From Octopus vulgaris (lineage: Eukaryota), in NCBI GenBank assembly GCA_951406725.2, contig OX597818.1, positions 130,324,001 through 130,388,000 of the forward strand: 64,000 bases of DNA, in the 5' to 3' direction. The translations under genes were made by a program, and so were the position numbers. The notes beneath the pieces are model-generated. The model saw nothing but the letters and a program-made list of their open reading frames with translations. It was not told where the DNA came from and searched no databases. Positions 26,484 through 41,085 of the stretch are shown here, piece by piece (the stretch's first letter is position 1; each line of letters opens with the position of its first letter).

Positions 26484-27070
26484 AGGCACAGGAGTGGCTG
26501 TGTGGTAAGTAGCTTGCTAACCAACCACATGGTTCTGGGTTCAGTCCCACTGCGTGGCATCTTGGGCAAGTGTTTTCTGCTATAGCTCCGGGCCGACCAA
26601 TGCCTTGTGAGTGGATTTGGTAGACGGAAACTGAAAGAAGCCTGTCGTATATATGTATATATATATATGTATGTGTGTGTGTTTGTGTGCCTGTGTTTGT
26701 CCCCCTAGAATTGCTTGACAACCGATGCTGGTGTGTTTATGTCCCACAGCACCTTGGGCAAATATCTTCTACTATAGCCTTAGGCCAATCAAAACTTTCT
26801 GAGGGAATTTGGTAGATGGAAACTGAAAGAAGCTTGTTGTATATACGTGTGTGGTGTGTGTGTGTATGTGTGTGCGTCCCACCACTGCTTGACAACTGGT
26901 GTTGGTGTTTTTACATGCCTGTAACCTAGCAGTTCAACAAAAGAGACCAACAGAATGAGTACCAGGCTTAAACATTAAAATATACTGACGTCATTGCATT
27001 TGACTAAAATTCTTCAAGGTGGTGCCCCAGCATGGCTACAGTCTAATGACTGAAACAAGTAAAAGATATA
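26484..27070 (+). mobile_element. SINE family A, two fused copies
   Basis: CORE-like block occurs twice (near 26560 and 26750). Confidence 0.8.
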
Positions 27071-27485
27071 AAAAAAGAATAAGGAAAAGAGAGAAAAATG
27101 ACAATCTAAAAAAAAAAATTTTCTTAAATTTTGTCAAATGTGTTAATTCTAGTTTAACAGTAAATGATTGAATATTAGCTGCTGTGCTATAGGGACTTTT
27201 GGTTCCAAAGCTTTTATCAAACTTGCTGGGTAATATTTATTATAACATAAATAAAGAGAAATAATTAATAAATGTAAATGAAACCCAATCAGCTTAATCA
27301 ATTTGAAATGTTATTAATTAGCAATCAGATATTAGAGAATTATATAAGATGCTTTAAGATATCTAACTTAGTGGCATCACCTTTGCAAATCCAGAAGAGT
27401 TTAATAATACAAGTATTTAGTCTACTATATTCCATATATATATATATATATATATACATATATATATGCATATATATATATATAC

Positions 27486-27522
<37 letters not shown>

Positions 27523-27607
27523 CATATGGCGGTGCCCCAGCATGGCCACAGCTCATTAGCTGAAACTGGAAAAATCAAAAATCAAAATCATATACATATA
27601 TATATAC

Positions 27608-27682
<75 letters not shown>

Positions 27683-27779
27683 TATGTATATATACATAGA
27701 TATATATACATATATATATATACATATATATATACATATATATGTATATATACATAGATATATATACATATATATATAC

Positions 27780-27924
<145 letters not shown>

Positions 27925-27959
27925 TATATCATCATCATCGTTTATATATATATACATAC

Positions 27960-27997
<38 letters not shown>

Positions 27998-28636
27998 GAT
28001 ACAAAATGGTCCTAGGGCTTCAGAAAGAAATGACTGAAATCACAACTGCTACAATAATATATTTCAACCAAAACTGAATCTTTATTTTCTATTTTTTACA
28101 TGTAGAGAAGATAAATGAGAAAAATAGTTGTATAGAGAAAATGATTCCATACACATAAAGCATGAGATTTTGCCAAAGTATGAATTCAAGGTGAATTCAT
28201 AAATCAGGAACTTTTAAAAGAAAATATTTAAAAAAAAAAAAAAAAAAAAAAATTACTATGTAATAAAACGATGTAATTCAAGTTAAATTTAAAACAAAAC
28301 TGGTAAAGAATCTTATACGTAAATATAAAAATATTAATATATAATGATAAAACTTAGATAGATAAATAAATCAAAACTCACTCAATAACTTAAAAATATA
28401 ACATGAACTTAAAATATTCATTAAGATATTAATCTTCAAATTAATTGCTCAGAAGGTCTGATATGGGGATTGTCATCAATGAAAACTGATCCTATGTGAA
28501 TAGTGATATTGAAGACTGTAGAATCCTAAATAAGTATCTTAATGAAGTAGAAAAATATCATAGATTAATTTGAAAGGATTAAGATTAGACTGTAATCCTC
28601 GCCTTGGGAAAAGAAAGAATATAGTATGTATGTATA

Positions 28637-28679
<43 letters not shown>

Positions 28680-29751
28680 GCAAAAGAAAAAACAACAGAA
28701 ACTTAAGTTATTGTGTTCTTGGCCTTGAGAGAGTACACATCAGAGTGTATGTATGTGTGAATCCTTACCACTTTCTTTAAAATGATGTATATATGTATGT
28801 GTGTGTATGTATGTATATACGTATGTATGTATCAACTGCAGTTCAGATTGAATAATTATACTTATAGATGTTTTTTCCAAGTTATAAGATTTTAAATTAT
28901 TTCCATCTCTCCCCCTCCCCCCCTCTCTCTCTCTGTTCCTTCTTTCACACATAGATTTGTGAGCATGTGTATGTGTGTGTGTGTGTATGTGTGTGTGCAT
29001 GTGTGTGTGCATGTGTGTGTGTGTGTGCAAATAAGTGAAAGAATTTATGCGTATCACAAATAGATTTGAAAATATAAATACATTTTTTCCTGTTCATTAT
29101 TTAAATATCAAACTCTTAAATACATACATAATTAACAATCAATTCAAGAAAACAATACTCATTCAAGAAGTGAGAAAGGAAATGAGACATATATAGAAAA
29201 GTATATGCATGAATGTGTGTGTGTGTGTGTGTACATGTGTGCATGTGTGTGTGTACATGTGTGCATGTGTGTACGTGTCTGCGTGCCTGTGTGTGCATGC
29301 TTGTGTGTACACGTGCGGAGGACTTATCCTATTCTGAAATGATTGCTATAATTTTTCATTATTGAAATCCTCAAACATTATGCACAATGATGATGATTAT
29401 GAATAACAATACTGCTAATGATGATGACAATAACGATGATGTTATTGCTTGTATTTAGAAGTGATTTCAAACTAAATTTGCTCTCATAGTTGTAAATGTT
29501 CCATCATACAAATATATTTACTTAATCGTATTCAAATTGTCAGTCATTTCAGATAGACATGAAAAATGTAAAACAGAACATTTTTTTTTGTGTGATTTTT
29601 TTAAAAACTTGCTATCATCATTAAAGATGAAATTGAGAATTTATAAATGCAAATAAAGCACATGATACTAATAAAAACAAAATACTACATTGTTGACCAA
29701 TAGGTATGGAAGTTTCAAATTCTGCAACAACTAGAGTGCAGCATTCCTTAA

Positions 29752-29928
29752 CCCCTTACCCGGCAGAAACGAATATATGCGTTTTGACCTAAATCGTTTT
29801 TTTCTATCTCTGGCGAGTTAACTCGTCAAAAGATAGACTCGCCAAAACCAACAATTAAAAAATAAAACAATTAAAAAAATATGTCTGAAAAAATACATTT
29901 ATTTTCAAAATAATTGTTGGGTAAGGGG
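29752..29928. mobile_element. piggyBac-type MITE
   Basis: TTAA TSD at 29748-29751 and 29929-29932; exact TIR ccccttaccc/gggtaagggg. Confidence 0.85.
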
Positions 29929-30189
29929 TTAATAACCTTTTAGCATTTGAACTGACCATATCCAGCTCAAATATTCTATTTGTTTTATGTTCAAACTGAC
30001 CAGATCTAACCTTATACTAGTGTCAAGGAAAAAGCAAACAACCACATCATCAATATCTGAGAACTATGAGGTAATGCATGATTATTACATTTCCCAACTT
30101 GTAAAAACAGTTGGCTGGGAACCAGTATCTGCTTTTAATGACTTTTTGACCAAAAGGATGAAAGCTTCTTCACCAATGCCATCTAAGGA

Positions 30190-30545
30190 CTTATTTCAGT
30201 CTTTAGACTGTGGCCATGCTGGGGCACTGCCTTGAGGAATTTGTAGTTGAATGAATCGACCCCAGCACTTTGTTTTTAAGCCTAGTACTTATTCTATCGA
30301 CCTCTTTTGCCAAACCACTATGTTGTGAGCATGGAAACACACCAACAACGGTTGTGAAGCAGTGGTGGGGGACAAACACAAAAGTATGTATACATACGAT
30401 GGGTTTCTTTCAGTTTCCTTCTACCAACTCCACTCACAAAGCTTTGATCACTCCCAGGCTATAGAAGATATTTTCCCAAAGTGCCACGAAGAGGGACTGA
30501 ATCCAGAACCATGTGATTGGAGAGCAAGCTTCTTACCACACAACC
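30190..30545 (-). mobile_element. SINE family A, old copy
   Basis: Diverged homology to 11514-11912. Confidence 0.75.
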
Positions 30546-32278
30546 AGTTAAAGAATATTGAACAACATATTATTATGTTGCATGAACACAATAATCAAAA
30601 ATCTATATAATTCCATAACCATTTATTGTTTTACATTTGAGGTTCCAATTTAAATTAGTTTGGTGAGATTTTTCTTTTTGTAAAACACAATTGATGACGA
30701 CCTGATGATGGAGATTTTGACAGATTATCGTTACAAATTTCATTGTTGTTGACCCACAGATTAATCTTGATCGATCAGACCTATGACCAAACATGTTCAA
30801 TCTGTGGCCAATCCCTGTGTCATCTGAAAGCATGGACATGCAGTGTATTTGCTTGCAGCCCCATGGGTAGAGGGACCAAATACTAATCTATGCATGCTGT
30901 CATTTGCCTGGATCAATGAATGCTGTGGTTGCTTGCTGTCAATAAATAAATACAACAGAGCCCCATGCATTGATTTCTTAAAGGGTCTATGACACTATTA
31001 AGATGGCCTTGCATGTAGCGTGCACCCAATAAAATGGGTAAAGACCCCTTTTGGTTACGACACCTCGAAAGTTTCCCTCTGAGGCACAAGTCCAGCAAAG
31101 GTTATTTATGAAAGATCAGCAGTCGCACTTGCATACCACGCCACCGATGTTGTCCAAAGGAAAGGCAGGAGCAACGTGAAATGAATACACAACCCTGTCC
31201 AGGAATCAGATTCACTACTTCATGATTGTGAGTTAAACGCTTTAACCACTGAGCCATGGGCCTTCATACAGTCAATAAATAAAATAAAATACTATAGGCC
31301 TCAGTAGACAGGGTGGTGGGTGCTATAGTTATGTTAAGATGACTAACTGATCCTTGTCTTTTTTGGAAACACTCATTTTGACACATTGTATTATGTACCA
31401 TAACTTTTATTTTTTCATTCTAACTTCTGATAAATGGCAAGTTCGTTTGTCCCACTGCTGATTCCGTTTCCCCATAGCTTCCAGAAAAATGGATGATTTT
31501 TTAATGAAATTTTCCACAAATACGCTTCAAACGGTGTAGACTCCGACTGTATTGGAATTTATTGTGAAAAAAGAAAAATTCTGTGGATGGGGAGAAGAGT
31601 TTCGGAAGATTCACTCGAGTCGTCTTTCTGAAAAATTGATATTTTTTAATGAAATTTTCTCCAAATATCTTTCAGAATGTTTAAAATATGAATATATCGA
31701 AATTTAGAAATGAAAAAGAAAAAAAAAAATGGTGTGCTCCACATATACATACTGACTGACACCCATCACTTATATCTACAAAGTAAAACTTAAAATCTCG
31801 GAAATAGGAAAAATTGTGATGTGTGTTCTAATGTACGCATGCGTATTGGCCATTTTTCTTTTTACGTCAAATACTGGTATAGTCGTAATTCAATTAGACT
31901 GAAAGATATTTGTACAAAATTTCGTTTCAAAAATACGTATTTTTCTGAAAGTTGTGGGAAAACTAAACCGACACGTGCGAATATATCGAAACTCTTCTCC
32001 CCACTCTTGGAAAAAAAATTTTCACAATCGATTGCAATATAATCGGAAATTGCATCATCTGAAGCTTATGTGTAGAAAATTTCATTAGAAAATATCCATT
32101 TTTTTGGTGGGGGAGATTATGAGGAAACCAGACCGAAGTGCGTGCTCACTTGGGTAAGTATGTCGGTGGTTATGGCTTTTGGTTGTAGCTCAACTCCGAC
32201 GAAGCAGACCTAGGTTTACACACAGTTTAAGAATTAGAAAAATAATGTAAATTGAACAGAAGTGACATCCCTTAGTTT

Positions 32279-33080
32279 TGTAGCGTGGCAGTTTCAGCCA
32301 CTTTGTTATATGACTAAAGCGATATCTAATATCTTCACTGTGTGAACGGCAAAGCAGAAATAATCTCGTTTGAGCTTACAACCATCTTTGGCCAACTTGT
32401 TCTTTTTCTAAACACTAACTTGATTGGTTGACGTGTGACACGAGGGTCCCTGCGTAGTTCGCGCCACTGGTGGACATGTGACACGAGGGTCCCTGCGTAG
32501 TCCGCGCCACTGGTTGACACGTGACTCGAATTGTCTCGACTTATTTTTGCGCCAATCGCGAATCAACCAATCAAGACCTTCGGTTAAAATTCCATTTTCT
32601 GGAGTTCGGTGAGCCAACCAAATAGTATAAAAACCAGTTTTCACAGGCATTTTTGTCTTGAGTTCTAGTTCTTCTAAGAACTAACTTAGGCCACCTACTG
32701 CTCAACTTAGAGATATGCGATTGTTTCTGCTTGCTGCTCAACTTAGAGATAAGCGATTGTTTCTGCTACTGCTTGTGCTATACTGATACAAACAACATGA
32801 ACTGTAAACCGAGTTCCGTGGTTAATCCTATGGTCAGTACCTTTTATGCCTCACGAACACACAGACACAAAACCTGCTAACACTTACAAACTTCCAACAT
32901 CAGCATGATTGTAAAATATGTAAATAAATATTTATCTACCAACAGAAGACTTGTGTCAATTCACTTATGTCCTATTGTCGTTGTATGTATTTTATGGCTT
33001 GTAATGATTTCGTTAAGAGTAGAGCCGCATGCGACCGTATTCCCAGCACGATACGACCGCATGTGATCTTACTTCTTACA
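32279..33080 (+). mobile_element. Solo LTR (4-bp TSD, Gypsy-like)
   Basis: TGTA...TACA termini; TSD GTTT at 32275-32278 and 33081-33084; TATA-like gtataaaa near 32625; aataaa near 32922; internal ~37-bp tandem repeats; CpG-rich relative to flanks. Confidence 0.85.
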
Positions 33081-33329
33081 GTTTCATTAAAAAAACATTA
33101 AGAGTACTGGTGAAATTCTTTGTCTTGTCAATAGTCAATTACTAGTGTAATATCTTCTAGTGATATGTTAAGTATTTCAGAAGTAGCAGGTGAGGTACAC
33201 CGTTCCAACATCCTATAAGCCAGCAACAAACACCGGAGGAATCAATTCGAAGTGTTGCAAATGAAGCATGAGACAACAGAGTTACATGTGAGCAAGGCAA
33301 TCCTGTAACACTACAGAGAGCACCAACGG

Positions 33330-33430
33330 GACATGGCTCTTTACTGGTTGTTCTTTCACCGTTGGTATGTCTTCACCTCCTATCCTGAATTTCACTTCTT
33401 CTTGCCTTCCTTTCACGAAATAATCCCCGT
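33330..33430 (-). mobile_element. Possible Hero/NeSL-type LINE RT fragment
   Basis: Hand translation VKGRQEEVKFRIGGEDIPTVKEQPVKS resembles the IPTVxExPVKSLG motif. Confidence 0.4.
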
Positions 33431-33839
33431 ACATGCTAGAAACTTGGTATAAAAGTGTATTGCTAATCGCTTTATTCGAAAACTGCTGAAGTTGAATAAA
33501 AAAAAAGAATGAAATACCTCAAGAAAAATATTCTTTGTATTTGCCATTGCTAGTTATTGGTAATTTTAATTATTTTTACAGTTTGTTTGACTTCGACGTC
33601 TACTGTTATATGTACAAACATCGAAAGTTTACTATTTTTTCATCGTAAAGGAAAGTAACAAGAGAGAAATTTAGCTGTTATTCTTAGCAGGGCAAACTTC
33701 CAAGTAAAAATGCTTTCATTTGAGATATAGCATTCTGCTCATAAATTCTGTTTTGTCCATGTAATTCCGATGATATAACGGGAGATGGCCCCAATACTTT
33801 TCTCTTAAACTACTTTCCTCTTAATGTCACCATTTTTAC

Positions 33840-33872
33840 CTTGAAGAAAGAGCTTCAAGCGCCGATTGTCTT
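33840..33872 (-). other. Candidate 33-nt exon
   Basis: Minus strand ctttcttttcAG|aagacaatcggcgcttgaagctctttcttcaag|GTaaaa; length divisible by 3, two open frames; no homology recognised. Confidence 0.3.
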
Positions 33873-34945
33873 CTGAAAAGAAAGTTCTATCAAACACATA
33901 ACGATCATTGGGAGCATTATTTTATCTATTCAATCTTCCATCTCAAATTATTCTTATGTCTCAGCAACCTTAATGTAACGACTAGTGTCATCAATATTCG
34001 AGCATCCAATCTAAAGATAAGAAATGTATTTATTTCCTCATTAACCTTAGAACTAATTCTAACCCGAGATAGAACCACTTTAACCTAAAACCGTTGCAAC
34101 TAATGCAACCTTATGTTTCAGCGTTACAAAATAATCTAATGTTGCGGATAATTTCCCGGAACTGATATCAGTAGATATGAAGTTCTACATCCGAAATTTT
34201 ATAAATGGATTTTTTTCTAGACGTCTTTAGACATTTTATCATTTTATTACATAATTTCAGACAGCAGAGTTCAATGTTTATCATAAGATTGATAAGAGTT
34301 TTCCAAACCAATATGGTTCATTATGAACCAAGATTAAAACGTGATTATTGTTGTTGTTGTTGTTGTTTAGCCCAAGGTCAGGTTTTGTTGAGCAGATTTA
34401 TCAGGGAAAAACTTCGCGTCAAAGATAATGCTCCAATTCTTTTTTTGTCTTTTCAGACAAAATGTATATCAGGTGATATTATTCATCATGTCTCTGCCTC
34501 TTTTTTTTTTAATCTATTAAAGATAGTCTGGTGGGATTTAAGGGAAAAATGCAGCAGGTATTTCTGACAAATCGAACCACTGCATAGAATAGGGCCCATC
34601 GTTGATTTAAGGGGTGATTAAAACGAATGAATGGTTTCGGTCGAGATATCGTTGTTTGGTTCAAGGTCAGACTGGGATGAGCAAAACCATGACCAAAAAT
34701 AATTTAACCGTGACTAACACTTCTTTTAGGCTACAAAGCTAGTGGGCAGTGGCTCCAAAAACAAAATATATTTGAATCTTTAAAAAAAAATCTATGCTAT
34801 TGCCACAGTATTTTTGTTATACACAAGCATGACTGATAAAACAATGTGAACAAAATATTTTTTTCTAATTTTATAACTTTAAAACAATAGTTTTGTATTT
34901 TTATTAACTTCTCAGCTAATTACACCGGTGTTCTTTGTTTTATTG

Positions 34946-35757
34946 TGTAGCGTGGCAGTTTCAGCCATTTTGAAATATGGCTATAGCGATATCTAATATC
35001 TTCACTGTGTGAACGGCAAGGCAGAAATAATCTCGTTTGAGTTTACAACCATCTTTGGGCCAACTTGTTCTTGTTCTAAACACTAACTTGATTGGTTGAC
35101 AGGTGACACGAGTGGTTTCTGCGTGCTTCGCGTCACTGGTTGACATGTGACACGAGGGTCTCTACGTAGTCCGCGCCATTGGTTAACACGTGACGCGAAT
35201 TGTCTCGACTTATTTCGCGCCAAAATCGCGAATCAACCAATCAAGACCTTCGGTTAAAATTCCATTTTCTGAAGTTCGGTGAGCCAACCAAACAGTATAT
35301 AAAGCAGGGTTCACAGACACTTTGGTCTTCAGAGTTCTTCTAAGAACTAACTTAGGCCACCTGCTGCTCGACTTAGAGATATGCGATTGTCTCTGCTACT
35401 ACCTGTTGCTACGCTAATCTATACAAACACTGAAAGCCTCTCGAGTAGATTCCAGCACCTTGCCCTATGAACAGTAAACTGAATGCCATTGTTAATTCTA
35501 TGTTCAGTACCTTTGGGTATGCTTCACGCCACCCGAACACAAAATCATACTAACGCTTACCAGCTCCTGATATTGACACAATTGTAAAATATGTAAAATA
35601 AATAATATTTATCTCCCAACAGCAAGACTTGTCGCCAATTCACTTATGTTCTATTGTTACTGCATGTATTTATGACTCGTAATAATTCGTTAAGAGTAGA
35701 ACCGCGTGCGATCGTATTTCCTACACGATACGACCACACGTGATCCTATTTCTTATA
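34946..35757 (+). mobile_element. Solo LTR, same family as 32279-33080
   Basis: Colinear homology over the full length; starts TGTAGCGTGG, ends TATA (TACA mutated); own TSD ATTG at 34942-34945 and 35758-35761. Confidence 0.85.
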
Positions 35758-37193
35758 ATTGCAAAAAGATCAATGCAATATAAATATGAAATAATATTTC
35801 TTGTCCACCGAAAACTTTAACGTATTTTGATGGGGTACATTTTATTGTTGAAAAATCATATTTCGAATACATTTGGGCATACAAAACGTCTTTTCTTTCA
35901 TTTTCAAGTAGTGAAAATTAGAATAAAATATAGAAATTGCGAAGTAGGCCTAAATTCAACTTAATCTGCAAAAATGACATCGTGGTTTCTTTTACCAGAC
36001 ATGTCATTAGTCAAAATTATTTTACGTAAAACTGGTATTTTAAAGATAATTTACTACAGAATGTTAGATTAACATTGATATTTTTTTTCATTATTCTTTT
36101 CATTGTTCTCTTTTTTATGATAAAATACGAAATTTCATCGAATTAAATGGTTGTTTGTTTCCTAGCAAGTAATTTTTCACTGGTTAAGTTTATATAATAG
36201 GGGTAAAAATTGAAAAAATGCAACGAGAAATAAAAACACAGCAATAATTTAAAACAAGACTAATTTTTCTTTGACAAACATACACAGGTGTCCCCACTAA
36301 ACAACCTTACCTTCTCATAACTTAAAAAAAAAAAAATGAATATCTTTTTAAGTAACTGTTCTACAGATACCTCCCAGATAATGTAGGTAACACATAGCGA
36401 AATTTGTAATGTAAAAGTTTTGGGAAGGAGGAAGAGAAGTTTCGGATAAATCAGACAAATCAATTTTGCTTCTAAGGAAAGAGTTTTTGCCTTCCCTAAA
36501 TGCTTTAGAAACATAACGTAATCTGAACAGTATTTCAGAAAATTAATACCGTTCTCTTTGAGCATGCAAAAAACACATTTAGACATAATTTTTTTCTTTA
36601 AACTTGAAAATTAGCAAATCAGACATTAGTGTAGGAGAAACTGACTTGGAATCCAACAAAGAAAATAATATTGATTGTTAAACACCAAAAATTATCCAGA
36701 TATTTTATTAGCGACATCGATTACAAACGGGTTGAATTTTGGGGAAAATTTCTTGAAAAAAAAATGTACCTGTAACATGACTATGTTTTATACTCTCTCA
36801 ACTTCAACAACAACTATGCTGACCAATTTTTATTCTTAAATATAATGTAGTAATATGAAAGGATGATGCTATACTTGCCATGTAATGATTTCTAACAATT
36901 AGGGAGAAAATAAAGAGAAATCAGAGATTACTCATTTTACCCCAGTCACTAATTTTGTCGAATTAGAAATTTGTGGTGGAAAAACTTTTGGAAGAAGGGA
37001 GAGGAGTTTTGGATAACTCATACAAGTCAACTTTGCATTTTCATAAATAAGTATTCCTGTATAAAATCTGCTAATACCTTCAGATGGTTCGATTACATTT
37101 ATATTGGAATTTAATGTAAACAAGGAATAACAACGAAAGAAAAAAAAGAATTGGAGGGGCGATGCATACCCTACGCACAGATAATTTTTTTCA

Positions 37194-37394
37194 CAAATTA
37201 GTGTGACTTACAATACGTTGCTCACCCATGCTTTTTTAAATCGATGTCTACGCCAAACGCATATGATTAAATTTTGCATATGACTAAATAAATCCAAATT
37301 AGTGTGACTTACAATACGTTGCTCACCCATGCTTTTTTAAATCGATGTCTACGCCAAACGCATATGATTAAATTTTGCATATGACTAAATAAAT
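37194..37394. repeat. Exact 100-bp tandem duplication
   Basis: 37194-37293 equals 37295-37394 with a 1-bp spacer. Confidence 0.9.
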
Positions 37395-37939
37395 GATTAT
37401 TCAAATAATCATCATGATTATGAAAAAGAAAGTGAAGATGAAATACTTATAAGAAATATTGCATAGAATCTGAGAAGTGTTTTCAACGTCTTTCAATGAT
37501 AGCATGTGAATCAAGCGTACTATAGTTCGTTGTAGAATGTAGATATCATCACTTATCTGAAAATGTGTAGGTTCGTTTTTTTTTAAAATTAAAATTAAGT
37601 TTTTCAAGTATCAACACTATAGGTATTTATACTCCAGTGAAATCAAGAAATAACTCATAAATAACCGAAGCCCTTGAATCCATCACTGTACACACACACA
37701 CAGTTGCATATCTATTTATGTATGTACCCACATGTCTTCGTGCATAGGTACACCATGATCTATACACACGCAAACGAGGGTCGAATCAAATGATATATAT
37801 ATATATATATAGTGTACTATTCCGTGATGGTAAAATCAACAAAAAAAGTATTCCATCTGGTGAGAGATAAATAGTATTTAATAGAAATAATACATGTTTT
37901 TATGTGCTAATAATATATTCTTGTGCTGAGAACATGCTA

Positions 37940-38194
37940 AAACGAGGCATACGCTGCGTGCACATAAATTCTTACGCAAAAAATCTGCACAGTCAAAACA
38001 CTTTGATTCACCCGTCCACTTGTTTAGAAGATAATCAAACCAAATTTTCCACATCTCGAGCCACCTACCCAATGAGTATTTCTACAAAATTTGGTGAAAA
38101 TCCGTTCGGTCGTTCTTCAGTAATTATGCAAACACACAGACAAACAAAGACAAGTGACTACAACACCTTGCTTTCGCTTACGCGCGCAGAGTAA
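37940..38194 (-). mobile_element. Helentron/DINE-like non-autonomous element
   Basis: Minus-strand start ttactctgcgcgcgtaagcgaaagcaaggtgttg followed by a tgtttgtctgtg microsatellite, the usual HINE/DINE layout. Confidence 0.4.
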
Positions 38195-39813
38195 ACAAAG
38201 ATGGTGGGCGGGTACTTAAGCATACTGACACACGGCAATGTTTTCAAACTTCTGCAGATATATGTGTGTTAGAGCAGACCATTTTCTTTTCCACATTAAA
38301 TTCTAATATAAGCATGTTCTTTACCATCTGAAAAGTATTTATAGAAAATTTCATTTAAAAATATCCATTTTTCTGGAAGTTGTGAGGGAGGAGGGACACT
38401 TACATAGACACACCCATTAGATGTAATTAAACTGGAACAAATTTATTACATTTTTTAGTAGATAATATTTCATTGTAAAATTTTAAATATGCACTACTTT
38501 GAAATTAATCATTATTCCAATTTTAAAAAATCTGTTTATAAATCTTTATACGAACTGTAAAATGTATTTAAATGTCATTTAAATATACAGAGGGCTTGTA
38601 AGGCTATGCTTACTACTTGTCCACCAAAAGCTAATACTTTTGACAGAATACATTTTATTGTTTAAAAACCATATTTCCGATACATTTGGACGCATGAAAC
38701 GTCTTTTCTTTCATTTCCAAGCTTTGAGAATGAAACTAAACTTTAATTCAAAGCAAGACGCAAATATGATACTATCTCTTTTACTAGCAATGTCGTTAGT
38801 CAAAATGATTTTAAGCAAAACTGATATTTTAAAGATAATTTACTATAGAATGTTAACACTGATATTCTGTTGTACATTTTCCCCCGTTTTTCTTTAACAA
38901 AACGGTATTAAATTCCATTGAATCACATAAATATTAGCTTATTTTCCAGCAAATAATTCTTCACAATCTTAAGTTCATGCAATAGGGGTAAAAATGAATA
39001 AATGCGTTAAACAAGACAGTGATTGTGTGTGTGTATATATCATAAAATTTGTACAAAGAATTTAAGAGATAACAAGAAGAAATACCATTTGGAGGACATC
39101 GTAAAATGCAATTGCTGAAACATCTGCTTCTGAGAAGAGAGCTTAGGTGATAAAAAGTGGAATGGCGAATTATGGATCACTGCCGAAACGAAACAAGAAT
39201 CCTATTTTATACTTTGAGGCACTTACATATACAGATGTAGACAGAAGTAAATTGAATCTCATTCGTCGCTAATATTATTTTCTGCATTCCATTTGTATTT
39301 TTGGAAGTATTTTTTCATTGATTTTTACCTCTATACTTTTTCCTTCCAACATTTTTTTGTGACAAATAAACTTAGTTATTGTGGTAACCACAAAATATTT
39401 CATTAAGGATATATATCTATATGTATTCTCACTTCTCTCTATTGCCCCTGGGTTCAACAGGTAAAAAGAAAAAAAGTTCAAAAGGCTTTCCACACCTTTT
39501 TTTCTCTTTTCACACAAAATATTCAGTTAATATGTATGTACGTATGTATGTGTGTATGAATGTACACTCACATGCAGTCATATATATATATGGTGTGTGT
39601 GTGTGTGTAAAAACATTGTGTATATACATGCACATATATACACATGTATGTATATGCATACATAAAATGTATGTGTGTATATAAATATATATATATACAT
39701 ATATATAATGTATGTGTGTGTATAAATATATATATATATGCATACATAAAATATATGTGTGTGTATTTATATATTTATACATGCACATATAAAATGTATG
39801 TATGTATATATAA

Positions 39814-39863
<50 letters not shown>

Positions 39864-39922
39864 GCAACAAAAAATGTAGGCTGAAAACGATAAATAATGA
39901 TTAAAGGAACTACAAAAAATAA

Positions 39923-39997
<75 letters not shown>

Positions 39998-40433
39998 ATA
40001 ATAAAAAACATTCACTTTTTATATAGTTCTTTATTATTTTGCTTATTTCTTCATTTCATAAAGAAATTACGTGTTCTCTTGTCACTTACATCTTCCAGCT
40101 ATGGAAATATTGGCTTGTAAATTTGATATTATCATCAAACATAAGAGAAATGTTAGAATAGACAAGAGGAAGAAGGAGAAGAAGGAAGAGGTGAAAAGAA
40201 GAGGAAAGCTTAACAATTCTTCAACTTAGTTGGATTACGAATTGCCAAATCATGCGATTAGCTATATACATACATATATATATACAACAATATGATGTTA
40301 TCGACATGTAAGCACACAAGATTACTCAAGAAATAACTCATATATATACATGCATGTGTGTGCGTGTATATATATATATACATATATATAAAGAAATATA
40401 ACTTTGATGCAGTATGTGTACATACTGACACAT

Positions 40434-40484
<51 letters not shown>

Positions 40485-40558
40485 TGTTCATGCATATATA
40501 TATATCCGTATATATATATATATGCTCATGGTTATATATACACACATGTATATATGTA

Positions 40559-40630
<72 letters not shown>

Positions 40631-41085
40631 CCTACCATACATTTATTGTTCTTGTGCATACATGAGTATTTCTGTGTGTGTTTGTGTAAATGCATATATA
40701 ATAATGATGTCTATGTCAGCATATGGCAATAAAAAATGTAGAAAAAATACAATGATTACAAAGAAATCAAAAGACAGATAGAATATACCTGCACGGCATA
40801 TAAAAATGTTATTTATAACTATATATGTGTATATATGTTTGAGTATGTGTGTGGCGTGGTGGGTGCATTTATTATCATATTTTTCAGTTATGGTTAATAT
40901 TTGTAAGTATGAATATGTGTATCCCTTTGATGTGTATGTATAAACCATAGGTATCTGATTTTATGTATGTATGTATTTATGTATATACGTGTATATGTAT
41001 AAATCATATTGACACACACACATATACATCTATATATTTTATATATATATATGCATATGTATATTATCATATTGATATATATATA

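Noticed and set aside
32425-32530. CRISPR-like ~37-bp repeats
   Set aside because: Adjacent repeats without unique spacers inside a eukaryotic LTR; no cas genes.
32279-35757. Single LTR retrotransposon with an internal region
   Set aside because: Outer flanks do not match (GTTT vs ATTG), each LTR has its own TSD, and no gag/pol lies between them.
39060-39270. Helitron helicase-like IPFGG word
   Set aside because: Only five residues match amid stops; too weak.
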